DNA from: Bacillota bacterium
GTDB lineage: Bacteria; Bacillota; SHA-98; UBA4971
DNA length: 64,000 nt
Assembly (NCBI GenBank): GCA_050261335.1
Contig: JBLNDE010000050.1
Location: 7,435-71,434 of the forward strand
Direction of reading: 5' to 3'
Shown here: positions 38,798 to 47,459 of the stretch, piece after piece
How the letters are laid out: each line of letters begins with the position of its first letter
Position numbering within the stretch: the first letter of the stretch is position 1
Program-made: the position numbers and the translations under genes
The notes under the pieces: model-generated
What the model was told of the DNA's origin: nothing
Database searches by the model: none
Seen by the model: only the letters and a program-made list of their open reading frames with translations

Positions 38798-40036
38798 CTA
38801 CGCTCCGAACTTGGCCAGCTTGAGAGCGTGCGCCATCGCCAGAGGGAGGGCGCCGAGGGACGGGAACGTCCCGAGCGACCCGCCCGCGCAGGCCGTCTCG
38901 CCAAAACCCGCGATGCGGTCAGGCCTCACCCACTTGGAGTGGATGAGGAAAGGCACCGGGTGCCAGCTATGGGCCTTGAGAGTGGCGGGGGTGGAGTGGT
39001 CCCCGGTCACCACCAGCACGTCGGGCTCAAGTTCCAGAATGGCGGGGAGGCTCCGGTCGAAGGCTTCGAGCACCTCCACCTTGCGGGCGAAATTGCCGTC
39101 CTCCCCCGCGCTGTCTGTGTCCTTGACGTGGAGGTAGAAGAAATCGAACTTTCCGAAGTTCTCACGGAGGGTTGCTACCTCATCCTCCATGGTAGCACCG
39201 GTCTCCAGGATCTCCATGCCCAGCAACCTCGCCACGCCGCGATACATCGGATAGGTGGCGATGGCTGCCGGGGTGAGTTTGAATGTCTCCGACATGGTCG
39301 GTATGTCGGGGTGCTTCGCGAAACCTCGGAGCAGAATCATGTTCGCGGGATGCTGGTCGCGCAACACCTGCGTCGCCCTGTCGAGCCATTGATTGATGAT
39401 CGCCGCCGTGCGTTTGGCTTCGGGGGCACGCGGGACGGCTGGCTTCGGCCGCTCGCCCACATGCTGCGGGTCGGTGTCCTCGATGTCCCCTGAGAGCCCC
39501 TCGCCCCGGAACACCGCAACGAACCTGTGCAGCTTGCCGGGCTCGAGGATCACGTCCGCGCCGTCCACGCGGATCTCGCGAAGCATGTTGACGAGCTCTC
39601 GGTTCTTCTCCGTCGGAATCCTCCCGGCACGCCTGTCGGTGATGACGCCGGACTCGTCCACGGTGCAGAAGTTCCCGCGGGCGGCAACGTCGGTACGCTG
39701 CAGCTCCAGCCCGACCCCGAGGGCCTCGAGAACGCCCCGGCCTATCTCATACTTCAGAGGATCGTACCCAAAGAGCGCGAGGTGCGACGGCCCGCTACCC
39801 GGGGTGATCCCTATCCCCACCGGCTCCACCAACCCGCAACTGGACCTGGCCGCAAGAGCGTCCAGGTTCGGTGTGCTGGCCGACTCGAGGGCGGTGCGCC
39901 CTGTGTCGGTATGGGGAAGACCTCCCAGGCCGTCCACTACAGCCATGACGATCCTGGAGTCGGTCTTCTCCGCGAGGGCTCTGATGACTTCGATGTGTAC
40001 CACTTTGACATCTCTCCTTCTGCCAGGGTCTAACAA
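38798..40036 (-). CDS. Cofactor-independent phosphoglycerate mutase family protein (ApgM-type metalloenzyme)
   Basis: VVDGLGG...TPNLDALA...GSGPSHLALFGYDP...VVTGDHSTP motifs of the alkaline-phosphatase-superfamily mutases. Confidence 0.78.
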   Translation of the reverse strand: MLDPGRRRDVKVVHIEVIRALAEKTDSRIVMAVVDGLGGLPHTDTGRTALESASTPNLDALAARSSCGLVEPVGIGITPGSGPSHLALFGYDPLKYEIGRGVLEALGVGLELQRTDVAARGNFCTVDESGVITDRRAGRIPTEKNRELVNMLREIRVDGADVILEPGKLHRFVAVFRGEGLSGDIEDTDPQHVGERPKPAVPRAPEAKRTAAIINQWLDRATQVLRDQHPANMILLRGFAKHPDIPTMSETFKLTPAAIATYPMYRGVARLLGMEILETGATMEDEVATLRENFGKFDFFYLHVKDTDSAGEDGNFARKVEVLEAFDRSLPAILELEPDVLVVTGDHSTPATLKAHSWHPVPFLIHSKWVRPDRIAGFGETACAGGSLGTFPSLGALPLAMAHALKLAKFGA

Positions 40037-40141
40037 CTACGTACCAATCTACGGGTCATTCTATACGCGTCACGCTTTTCCTCCTCGGAACGCGGGGACA
40101 TACTAAGTGCGGGTTCAGAAACCACCGCCACTTTTCCAGGG

Positions 40142-40200
40142 GTTGCCGGTGTTGTACTCCGGGGACGGCGCTTGCGGCGCGCCTCGTCAGATTCGGCGCT
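40142..40200. repeat. Palindromic intergenic element, copy D (partial)
   Basis: GTTGCCGGTGTTGTACTCCGGGGACGGCGC... aligns with the first ~60 nt of copy A (same orientation, about 27/30 at the start). Lies upstream of the PBP1A gene. Confidence 0.6.
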
Positions 40201-40283
40201 CGAGGTCAGGCGGATCGAGGGCGCTCAATCGTACAAGAGCCTGTCCCTGATTCGCCGCCGAACGGGCGAACGCCGATGAACCT

Positions 40284-42464
40284 GTGCCTGAAGTCCAGGC
40301 CGGGGCGAGACCGACCGATGGCTCCAGGCGCGTCATTTCACCTGGCGGGAGCGAGGCGTGGGGTTTGCACGGAGGGCGCGGGCGGCCCGAAGACCGCGGG
40401 CAGTGCGAAAAGCGCGGGCAGCAAGACCGGCACGGACGGCAGGAGCAGCACGGGCGACGCGGCCGGCATGAGCAGGAGGACGCGGGTGTCCAGGGCGGCC
40501 CCTCGGGCATTCGCGCCCGCTGGCGTTCGGCCGTGTTCACGGTCGCTGGCGTGGTCCTGGTCGCCTTTGCCCTTGTGCGCATCTTCCCGATACCCGGCAA
40601 GCAGATCGGAAGCGTGTTCTACGACATCCATGGCGAGGCCATCACGTCGACCGTTGCGGGCAATCGCGTCCAGGTGCCACTCTCGGCCATCGCGCCCCGT
40701 CTGCGCGAGGCGGTCATCGCCGTGGAGGACGAGCGCTTCTACAAGCATCCAGGCATCGATCCCGTCAGCATCGCAAGGGCCCTCGTGCGGAACATCCGGG
40801 CAGGACGTATCGTGGAGGGCGGCAGCACCATAACCCAGCAGCTTGCCAAGAACATGTTCCTGCCTCCGGAGCGAACCGTCGGGCGTAAGGTGGCAGAGCT
40901 CTTCCTCACGATTTACCTGGAGCTCAAGTTTTCAAAGGACGAGATCCTCGAGCGGTACCTCAACCTCGTGTACCTGGGGCACGGGGCGTACGGGGTCGAA
41001 GCCGGGGCGCGCCTCTACTTCGGAAAGAGCGCCGCGGATGTCTCCCTTGGAGAAGCCACGATGCTTGCAGGTCTCACCAGGGGACCTTTCTACTACTCCC
41101 CGTACAGGAACATGAGCGCCGCCCTCGCCAGACGCAGGGTCGTGCTGGGCAGAATGGTTTCGGCGGGATACCTTACGAAGGCCCAGGCGGAGGCCGCGGC
41201 CCGGGAACCGCTCAAGCTCGTGGGGATCGGCGCCCGCGAGATCAGGGCAGCGCCTTACTTCGTGGACTACGTCATGGAGGAGATCCTGCGCCGCCTCGGC
41301 GACGGCGGGAACCTGCTATACTCGGGCGGACTGAAGGTATACACCACCCTTGACATGTCCATGCAAAGGGCAGCGGAGAAGGCGTTCGGAGAGGGGCTTG
41401 ACGCACTCACCCCCGGGACGCCTCCTGACCAGGTCATCCAGCCCCAGGGAGCACTGGTCGCCATCGACCCGAGGAACGGCCACGTGCGTGCGCTCATCGG
41501 AGGGAGAAGCTTTCACGAGACCCAATTCAACAGGGCGATCCACGCGAGGAGGCAGCCCGGCTCAGCATTCAAGCCGTTTTTCTATGCCGCGGCGCTGGAC
41601 AGCGGTTTCACGGCGGCGACCACCCTCACCTGCGAGCCGCTGACGTTCTGGTCGACAGGAGTCCCCTATACCCCGACCGACTACGGACGCTTCGACTATC
41701 ACCTCCGCCCGCTCACGCTGCGGGAAGCGCTCGTGGTCTCATGCAACGTGGTCTCGGTTCGCCTCGCGAGCATCATAGCGCCTGAAAAGGGAGCGGAGTA
41801 CGCAAGGCAATTCGGCATCAAGAGCCCGCTGCGCCCCAACCTTTCGCTCGTCCTCGGGACGTCAGAGGTGACGCCGCTGGAGATGGCTGCGGCATTCGCT
41901 CCTTTCGCCAACGGGGGAAAGCGCGTAGAGCCCGTGTTCATCGTGTCGGTCAAGGACAAGTACGGCCGCGAGCTCTTGCGTGACCGCCCCCGGGTAAGGC
42001 AGGTACTCGACCCCAGAACTGCGTTCATTGTTACCGACATCCTCAAGCAGGTCATAAGCCGCTGGGGAACGGCCGGGACCATAGCGGGAAAGGTGAAGCG
42101 CCCGGCAGCAGGGAAGACCGGGTCGACGCAGAACTACACCGACGCCTGGTTCGTGGGATACACCCCGGACCTCGTGTGCTCGGTGTACGTGGCGTACGAC
42201 GACCCTGCCACCCCCCTCGGAAGGTCGGGCGCGGTCGCCGCTGCACCTATATGGGCCGACTTCATGAGGGAAGCGCTGGCGGGAAAGCCCCCCGCCACGT
42301 TTCGGAGGCCGCCCGGGATAGTGGCGCGCGAGATCTGCCATGAAACCGGGTGCCTTGCCACCACGGGATGCCCCGACACCCGGTGGGAGCTGTTCAAGAC
42401 GGAGGCTGTGCCCACTGAAACGTGCCCCTGGCACGGCGGCGCGGCGCCGGTAATCGGGAGGTGA
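40284..42464 (+). CDS. Class A penicillin-binding protein (PBP1A: transglycosylase + transpeptidase); start uncertain
   Basis: GT51 motifs EDERFYKHPG and GGSTITQQ. Transpeptidase motifs SAFKP, SCN and KTGST. The basic N-terminal ~70 aa precede the single TM helix. Confidence 0.88.
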   Translation: MPEVQAGARPTDGSRRVISPGGSEAWGLHGGRGRPEDRGQCEKRGQQDRHGRQEQHGRRGRHEQEDAGVQGGPSGIRARWRSAVFTVAGVVLVAFALVRIFPIPGKQIGSVFYDIHGEAITSTVAGNRVQVPLSAIAPRLREAVIAVEDERFYKHPGIDPVSIARALVRNIRAGRIVEGGSTITQQLAKNMFLPPERTVGRKVAELFLTIYLELKFSKDEILERYLNLVYLGHGAYGVEAGARLYFGKSAADVSLGEATMLAGLTRGPFYYSPYRNMSAALARRRVVLGRMVSAGYLTKAQAEAAAREPLKLVGIGAREIRAAPYFVDYVMEEILRRLGDGGNLLYSGGLKVYTTLDMSMQRAAEKAFGEGLDALTPGTPPDQVIQPQGALVAIDPRNGHVRALIGGRSFHETQFNRAIHARRQPGSAFKPFFYAAALDSGFTAATTLTCEPLTFWSTGVPYTPTDYGRFDYHLRPLTLREALVVSCNVVSVRLASIIAPEKGAEYARQFGIKSPLRPNLSLVLGTSEVTPLEMAAAFAPFANGGKRVEPVFIVSVKDKYGRELLRDRPRVRQVLDPRTAFIVTDILKQVISRWGTAGTIAGKVKRPAAGKTGSTQNYTDAWFVGYTPDLVCSVYVAYDDPATPLGRSGAVAAAPIWADFMREALAGKPPATFRRPPGIVAREICHETGCLATTGCPDTRWELFKTEAVPTETCPWHGGAAPVIGR

Positions 42465-42838
42465 CGTGCATCACCGGTCACGGCCCTACCCGTTCCCGAC
42501 GTCACACGTACCAGGGGACGGGTGACCTACGTCACCCGTCAGGCTCTTCCCGTTCCGTATCTCACGCATCAGGAGCCAATCGGTGACGTACATCATCGTT
42601 CCCGCCTTACCCGTTCCCTCTGTCACGGGTTCCCCACGAAGCGTTCCGTACGTCACCTGTTGAAGCTGCATCAGTGACGCACATCACAGGTTCCTCCTGG
42701 GCTGTTCCATACGCCACGCGTCCTCCAGGAATCGTTCCGCACGTCACTCGTCGAAACGGGACGAGTGACCCATATCACCATTCGTGGCTTACCCGTTCTC
42801 TGCATCAGCGGTCCTCCGCGAAGCGTTCCGCACGTCAC
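42461..42838 (+). repeat. Phased array of 13 copies of GT(G/T)(A/C)-N6-TCAC (30/31-bp spacing, 91-bp super-period)
   Basis: Motif starts at 42461, 42492, 42522, 42552, 42583, 42613, 42643, 42674, 42704, 42734, 42765, 42795 and 42825. It fills the gap between two convergent stop codons. Confidence 0.85.
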
Positions 42839-43647
42839 TCGTCCAACACGAACCTTGCTATGGCCTCCGCCACCCCGTTGCCGTCTTCCCCTCGAGCGAC
42901 GTAGTCAGCGGCCTTCTTCACCTCGTCGGCGGCATTCCCGACCGCAACCCCAACCCCTGCGAATTCCAGCATCGATATGTCGTTCTCGCTGTCGCCCAGG
43001 GCCATCACCTCGCTGCGCGCAACGCCCAGATACCGCGAGAGAATGTCGAGAGCTGACCCCTTCGATACCTCCGCCGCGGTGAACTCTACGTAACGCGGCA
43101 TGGAGCGGACCACGTGGAGACGGTCGCCGAAGCGCGCCTTGAACTCGGGCAGACGTCGGTCCGTGTCCTCCTTCGAGGCGGTGATTATCAGAAGCTTCGT
43201 GGGGGCACGGTCAACGAAGGCGGTGAGGTCGCCGACGGCGACGGCCCCCACCTTCGCATGCGCCATATACGAAAGGGCCTCCTCGTCGTACCGTTCGACA
43301 TACAGGGTATCGTCCATGTAAACGTTGAGGTGAAGGCCCTCCTGCCGTGCGTAGGCCACGACGTCCTTTGCGTGCTTCAGGGGCATGGGCCTGTGGCTTA
43401 TGACCTCGTGCGTCCTCGCCGTCTTGATGAGTGCCCCATCATACGTGATGAGCGGGGCATCGAGCCCGAGATCCTCCGCAAAGGGCGCGGTGGCCCGGAA
43501 CATGCGCCCGCTTGCAAGAGTCACAACGCAGCCTGCCGCTGCTGCAGCCCCGATGGCCGCTCGCGTGCATTCGCTGATCTTCAGATCGCTTCCTATGAGA
43601 GTGAAATCGACGTCGATTGCGACAAGCCTTACTCCGATCTCAACCAC
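42835..43647 (-). CDS. Cof-type HAD-IIB phosphatase
   Basis: N-terminal AIDVDFTL (DxD-type nucleophile motif) and C-terminal GDSENDISML...GVAVGNA. Confidence 0.85.
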   Translation of the reverse strand: MVEIGVRLVAIDVDFTLIGSDLKISECTRAAIGAAAAAGCVVTLASGRMFRATAPFAEDLGLDAPLITYDGALIKTARTHEVISHRPMPLKHAKDVVAYARQEGLHLNVYMDDTLYVERYDEEALSYMAHAKVGAVAVGDLTAFVDRAPTKLLIITASKEDTDRRLPEFKARFGDRLHVVRSMPRYVEFTAAEVSKGSALDILSRYLGVARSEVMALGDSENDISMLEFAGVGVAVGNAADEVKKAADYVARGEDGNGVAEAIARFVLDE

Positions 43648-43717
43648 CCCACCTGGGGCGGGCCGCCCGTTGCGTTCCGGCCCCCATTCATGCCATGGCG
43701 CGTCGTCTGGTCGTCTC

Positions 43718-44080
43718 CTATTCGCTGGACCTGTCGCGCACCAGGAAACTTAGAATGCTGCTACCGACGGAAAGCAAGATGGAAGCGAGGACAGCAGGCC
43801 AGAAGCCTGCTATATGGAAGCCCCCCACCAGCTTCGCAACGAGCCACAGCATGAGCCCGTTGATTATGAAAGTGAAAAGCCCGAGCGTGAGCACCTGGAT
43901 GGGAAGCGACAGGATGATGAGGACCGGCCGTATCAGGGCGTTGACGATGCCGAGCACGAACGCGGCGACGAGCGCCGGTATAACGCCGGTCACCTCGACG
44001 GCCGGCCCCATGATGAACGGAAGCAGGAGCAATATCACTGCATTGATGAGGCATCGCGTCAGGAACCCGTGTCCTCTCAA
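43718..44080 (-). CDS. Phage-holin-family 4-TMS membrane protein (YvlD-like)
   Basis: LINAVILLLLP...LGIVNALIRPVLIILSLPIQVLTLGLFTFIINGLMLWL matches the Phage_holin_4_2 pattern. The TTG start at 44078-44080 is preceded by GGAAAGGGGGA. The long track ORF upstream is not supported. Confidence 0.8.
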   Translation of the reverse strand: MRGHGFLTRCLINAVILLLLPFIMGPAVEVTGVIPALVAAFVLGIVNALIRPVLIILSLPIQVLTLGLFTFIINGLMLWLVAKLVGGFHIAGFWPAVLASILLSVGSSILSFLVRDRSSE

Positions 44081-44141
44081 CGTTCTCGTCCCCCTTTCCT
44101 GGTGCGACCTGAGTAGATCGCCGCCAATTCGAGCTACTCTT

Positions 44142-44256
44142 GAGCGCGCAAGTCCCGTCCTGCGAGCCGGCCAGCCAGATTCTCGACGCCCCAGCGTGCA
44201 AGCGCCGGCAAGCCCAACACCGTCAGGAGAAGCGGCGCAAACCTGTGGCGCCATAC
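44142..44256. repeat. Palindromic intergenic element, copy B (diverged, left half; inverted relative to copy C)
   Basis: The reverse complement of 44142-44256 aligns with 54652 to about 54770, including the extra arm GTATGGCGCCA.GGTTTGCGCC...CCTGACGGTGTTGGG. Confidence 0.7.
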
Positions 44257-44814
44257 TCAGACCAGCCGGATCGAGATCTCGATGCCACTGGATCCCTCGG
44301 CCACCTCGAGGAGAGTGAACCTCCCCTGATACCTGAGGACCCTTATCAGATCGGCAAGTGCAAAGAGCCACGCCGGGCCCCACTTGACCGAATACCGTTC
44401 TCTGTTCGGGCCATGCTCCCCCTTTTGGTTCGCCGCATCAGCGCGCGAGCAGTCGGTACACGAACGACGCGCGCCCGGGACCACGGCAGCGCGCATTCTG
44501 CTCCAGCCCGTGCGGCAGAGGCTCCCCTGCGTCTTTGCGGCGAAGGTCGGACAGAGGAAGAAGAACGCCGACATGAGGTAGCCCGTCGATTCCAGCAGGT
44601 CCTCCAGCACGAAGAGCGGGAAGATGATGGGGACGGCCCCTCGCCATCCGGGGAACCGCAGCGTGAACATGAGGAAGAACGACGGGAAGCGCCGCCGACC
44701 TCCGGCGGCGGTCGTGCCCGCTGCGTGCGGTCCCGTACGACCCCGGCGCGGGGCGGGTGCCACTTGTGCAGCCGCCCCGTTTCGCTTCACGTGCGCCTCA
44801 GAATCACTCGACAT
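44257..44814 (-). CDS. Hypothetical protein (185 aa), likely a distant paralogue of the adjacent SHOCT-like small protein
   Basis: Third-position GC is coding-like. The C-terminus LLEVAEGSSGIEISIRLV parallels IVDVDSDQAKVEVYVE of the upstream gene, and PIIFPLFVLEDLLE parallels VNIPLALAKVAMKFIP. Start chosen at MSSDSE. Confidence 0.45.
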   Translation of the reverse strand: MSSDSEAHVKRNGAAAQVAPAPRRGRTGPHAAGTTAAGGRRRFPSFFLMFTLRFPGWRGAVPIIFPLFVLEDLLESTGYLMSAFFFLCPTFAAKTQGSLCRTGWSRMRAAVVPGARRSCTDCSRADAANQKGEHGPNRERYSVKWGPAWLFALADLIRVLRYQGRFTLLEVAEGSSGIEISIRLV

Positions 44815-45172
44815 AGACTTCCACCTTCGCCTGGTCGCTATCGACGTCCACGATCTTGCCCATCGTGGCATCGGTGATGCTCGCAAGGATCTCATCCAGG
44901 TCGATGTCCTGTTCCCTGATCTCGGCAGCCACGTCCTTCGGTATGAACTTCATGGCCACCTTCGCAAGGGCGAGCGGGATATTCACGTTCACCTTGGTGT
45001 TGTCCTCGGCGTCGAAGACGCGCACCCGCAGCATCCTGGCGGGCCGGCCCGCCCCCGCCCCGGGCTGGCCCGGGGACGAGCTCTCCAGGGCTTCGAGCAG
45101 CTTCAGCCCCTCGTCCACGGAGATCTTGCCCTCACGAACCATCGCCAGTATCTGTCTCTTTTCATCGATCAT
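44804..45172 (-). CDS. SHOCT-like domain small protein (122 aa)
   Basis: MIDEKRQILAMVREGKISVDEGLKLLEALE N-terminus. ATG at 45172 preceded by GAGGAGGG. The track ORF is longer but overlaps the upstream gene by 167 nt. Confidence 0.65.
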   Translation of the reverse strand: MIDEKRQILAMVREGKISVDEGLKLLEALESSSPGQPGAGAGRPARMLRVRVFDAEDNTKVNVNIPLALAKVAMKFIPKDVAAEIREQDIDLDEILASITDATMGKIVDVDSDQAKVEVYVE

Positions 45173-46793
45173 CGTGATCGCCCTCCTCGTCATTCGTGGG
45201 GAATCCGGTCGCCTGGTGATGATGGCCTTGCGCCCCCGGCTCCGACGCACCCGGGGTGCCCGGGGCATCCGGCACACTCGGCGTACCCGGCTCACCTGGC
45301 GAATGGAGCCGGCCCTGCCCTGCGGCATCGGGGCCCGCCCCAGTGATGGTTATGGAGCCGTTCGACGTCTCCGCTTTGATCCTGAGCCTGTCGGCGTTTG
45401 TCTCGTACGCGGCGGTCGAGGCCACAATCTCCTTGTGTCCCATTGACCTCGTGTTCACCTCGTATGTGAGATTCGGCAGATCGACGTGAATACCTCCATG
45501 CGACGTCTCAGCCTCTATAGAATAGCCGACGTCTTCAGCGGTGGCAAGCTGCACCTCTATGGACCCGTTGGACGTTTCGAGCTCGTACACGGCGTCGCCT
45601 GTCGGCCTTGCGGGGGCCACGAGGATACTCCCGTTGGAGGTCTCTGCGACGAGCCTCTTTGCGGGCCCCCTGCACTGGATGCGGCCGTTCGCGGTCTCCA
45701 GCTCAGCGGTGACGACGCTCGCCCCGTCGAGAGTGATTCGACCGTTGGACGTCTTCACGTCGATGGTGCCGCAGTCCAGGGCGCCGATTTCCACCTTCCC
45801 GTTGGACGTCTCCAGGTCCAGATCATACCGGAACCCTCGCGGAAGTTGAATCGCAAGCGCTGCCCCGCTCACCACGTTCTCGCCGCTGCAGTCGATCCTG
45901 AGCCGGTCAGGTGTGGCCTCATACTCGATGGCCTCCTCCAGCCGGGCCCTGGTGACACCGGGGTCGCTCGCCGCGCCCCTGACGCGCGCGCGGACCTCCA
46001 CGCGGAAGCCCGGGCCGTCCCACGGCTCAATGGTGATGCCGCCGTTGGACGTGGTAGCATCCACGTTCACCTTCTCGAGCTGCGCGTCGAAGGTACCCTC
46101 GAAGGCCCTCTCCACCCTCACGCCCGGGGCGAGGACGCTGAGGAACGGCTCAGTGAAAGCCTCCACCCAGTCCGGCGCTTCACCCCACCTGGAGCGCCGG
46201 CGGGCCTTCCCGGAGAGTTCCTCGCCGAGCTTCTCCGCAACGCGTTCCTTCTCGCGCATGGCGCGCTCGAGGGCGCGCTGCTTCTCCCTCATCGCCGCCT
46301 CCACCGTCTTCTCGATGCGCTCTGCGAGGCTCTCGAGCGCCGGGCCGTAAGAGGTCTCAGCAAGATGCGCCAATCTGTCAGCGAGGGCGCGGATCTTGGC
46401 GAAATCCGGCCCGCGGCTGCAGGTTTCGCGCTCGCTGCCGCCCCCCGTGCCCTCGTTGCCCGCCGCTGTCGCGGCATCCCCGGCGTCAGCACCAGTGCCG
46501 GCGCCAGCGCCGGCGTATGAGCCCGTGTCTCGAGCGCCGGCACAGGCCGTATCCTCCGCGCTGCCCGCGACGCGCTCGCCGGGTGCAGCGGCGCCTCGTC
46601 GCTGGCCATCGGGCTCCCCGGCTTGCCCGAAGGCCTCGCCGCCAGGCCCCTGCCGGGCCTCGCCGCCTTCCCCCGGCGCGCCCTCCCCAGGCTCCACCGC
46701 CTCGTTCAGGGCCTCGATGAGGGCTGCGGCCTCTTCGCTCGTGATCTTCCCTTCTTCGAGCATCTTCAGGATCATCATGTGCTCTTCCAGCAC
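45162..46793 (-). CDS. SHOCT-like N-terminus + long low-complexity linker + DUF4097-type beta-helical domain (YvlB/LiaG-like)
   Basis: MMILKMLEEGKITSEEAAALIEALNE, then repeated ETSNG(S/R)I strands typical of DUF4097. GTG at 46793 preceded by GAGAGGAGGGG. Confidence 0.75.
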   Translation of the reverse strand: MLEEHMMILKMLEEGKITSEEAAALIEALNEAVEPGEGAPGEGGEARQGPGGEAFGQAGEPDGQRRGAAAPGERVAGSAEDTACAGARDTGSYAGAGAGTGADAGDAATAAGNEGTGGGSERETCSRGPDFAKIRALADRLAHLAETSYGPALESLAERIEKTVEAAMREKQRALERAMREKERVAEKLGEELSGKARRRSRWGEAPDWVEAFTEPFLSVLAPGVRVERAFEGTFDAQLEKVNVDATTSNGGITIEPWDGPGFRVEVRARVRGAASDPGVTRARLEEAIEYEATPDRLRIDCSGENVVSGAALAIQLPRGFRYDLDLETSNGKVEIGALDCGTIDVKTSNGRITLDGASVVTAELETANGRIQCRGPAKRLVAETSNGSILVAPARPTGDAVYELETSNGSIEVQLATAEDVGYSIEAETSHGGIHVDLPNLTYEVNTRSMGHKEIVASTAAYETNADRLRIKAETSNGSITITGAGPDAAGQGRLHSPGEPGTPSVPDAPGTPGASEPGAQGHHHQATGFPTNDEEGDHDDR

Positions 46794-46830
46794 GATGTCC
46801 CCTCCTCTCGGGTTGCCGGTTGACAGAACA

Positions 46831-47214
46831 TCACCGCTGCTTGAGAAGCTTGATCGCTTCCTCCGCAGGGATCTCACCCTTCGCAAGCAGGTCCAGGATG
46901 CCCTTACGCTTTACTGCGGTCTGTGCTTCGTCCTCCTTCTCGCGCTCCACAGGGTAGCCGAGGGCCTGGATGATCGCATCAAGCCGGCCTCGGACTGTAG
47001 GATATGACACGCCGAGTTCCCTCTCCACTTCCTTGATGTTGCCGCGGGACTTGATGAAGATCTCGACGAAGTCCTTCTGCTCGTTGGAGAGCTGACAGAA
47101 CTTGCACGTCTCGAAGCGGCCTTCTATGGATGTCTCGCACCTCGGACACGACAGCTTCGTCACGTCCAGGGCTTCCCCGCATACAGGACATCTGCCCAGC
47201 GCCCTTCGTCTCAT
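46831..47214 (-). CDS. DUF2089-family zinc-ribbon + HTH protein (putative transcription factor)
   Basis: CPVCGEALDVTKLSCPRCETSIEGRF..C.FC zinc ribbon, followed by FIKSRGNIKEVERELGVSYPTVRGRLD. Confidence 0.8.
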   Translation of the reverse strand: MRRRALGRCPVCGEALDVTKLSCPRCETSIEGRFETCKFCQLSNEQKDFVEIFIKSRGNIKEVERELGVSYPTVRGRLDAIIQALGYPVEREKEDEAQTAVKRKGILDLLAKGEIPAEEAIKLLKQR

Positions 47215-47236
47215 GCTCTCACTCCCTTCAATATCG

Positions 47237-47303
47237 TTAATGGCGCCCTTAATGGTCTTAACCTTTCACTTAACATCATAAACCCGCCTGGTTCTCCTGT
47301 CAA
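47237..47303 (-). promoter_or_regulatory. Consensus promoter of the DUF2089 operon (TTGACA-17-TATGAT), with four TTAA-core repeats in the 5' leader
   Basis: The -35 is the complement of 47298-47303 and the -10 is the complement of 47275-47280. TTAATGG occurs at 47237 and 47249, and TTAAC at 47258 and 47270. Confidence 0.55.
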
Positions 47304-47459
47304 CAAGTCTCCTCCGCTTTCTCGTCGTAACCCGCGGCATCCACGGCAGGGTGCTCCGCGGCCGTCTCAGGGGGAACCTGCGCTGCCGTATCCGGGCTCA
47401 GAGAAGGTCCCCGGGCAGAAAAGTCACAGCGTGTTCGGCAGGAAACCCAATCTCAATGG

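Noticed and set aside
40284-40500. Arg/Gly/Gln-rich N-terminal ~70 aa of the PBP1A ORF as a separate feature
   Set aside because: No alternative in-frame ATG exists before the TM helix. It is likely a basic cytoplasmic tail or a mis-set start, not a distinct element.
42642-42718. Resemblance of CGTTCCGTACGTCAC / TGTTCCATACGCCAC to the left half of parS (TGTTCCACGTGAAACA)
   Set aside because: Only the GTTCC..ACG portion matches, and only with a 2-nt insertion. The right half (TGAAACA) is absent, so this is not a Spo0J/ParB parS site.
42461-42838. Possible CRISPR array
   Set aside because: The units are contiguous, degenerate 30/31-bp repeats with no alternation of identical repeats and unique spacers. 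No cas genes or leader are nearby.
46810-46822. GTTGCCGGTTGAC resembling the terminal repeat of the palindromic element
   Set aside because: Only the first 10 nt match and no internal element sequence follows.
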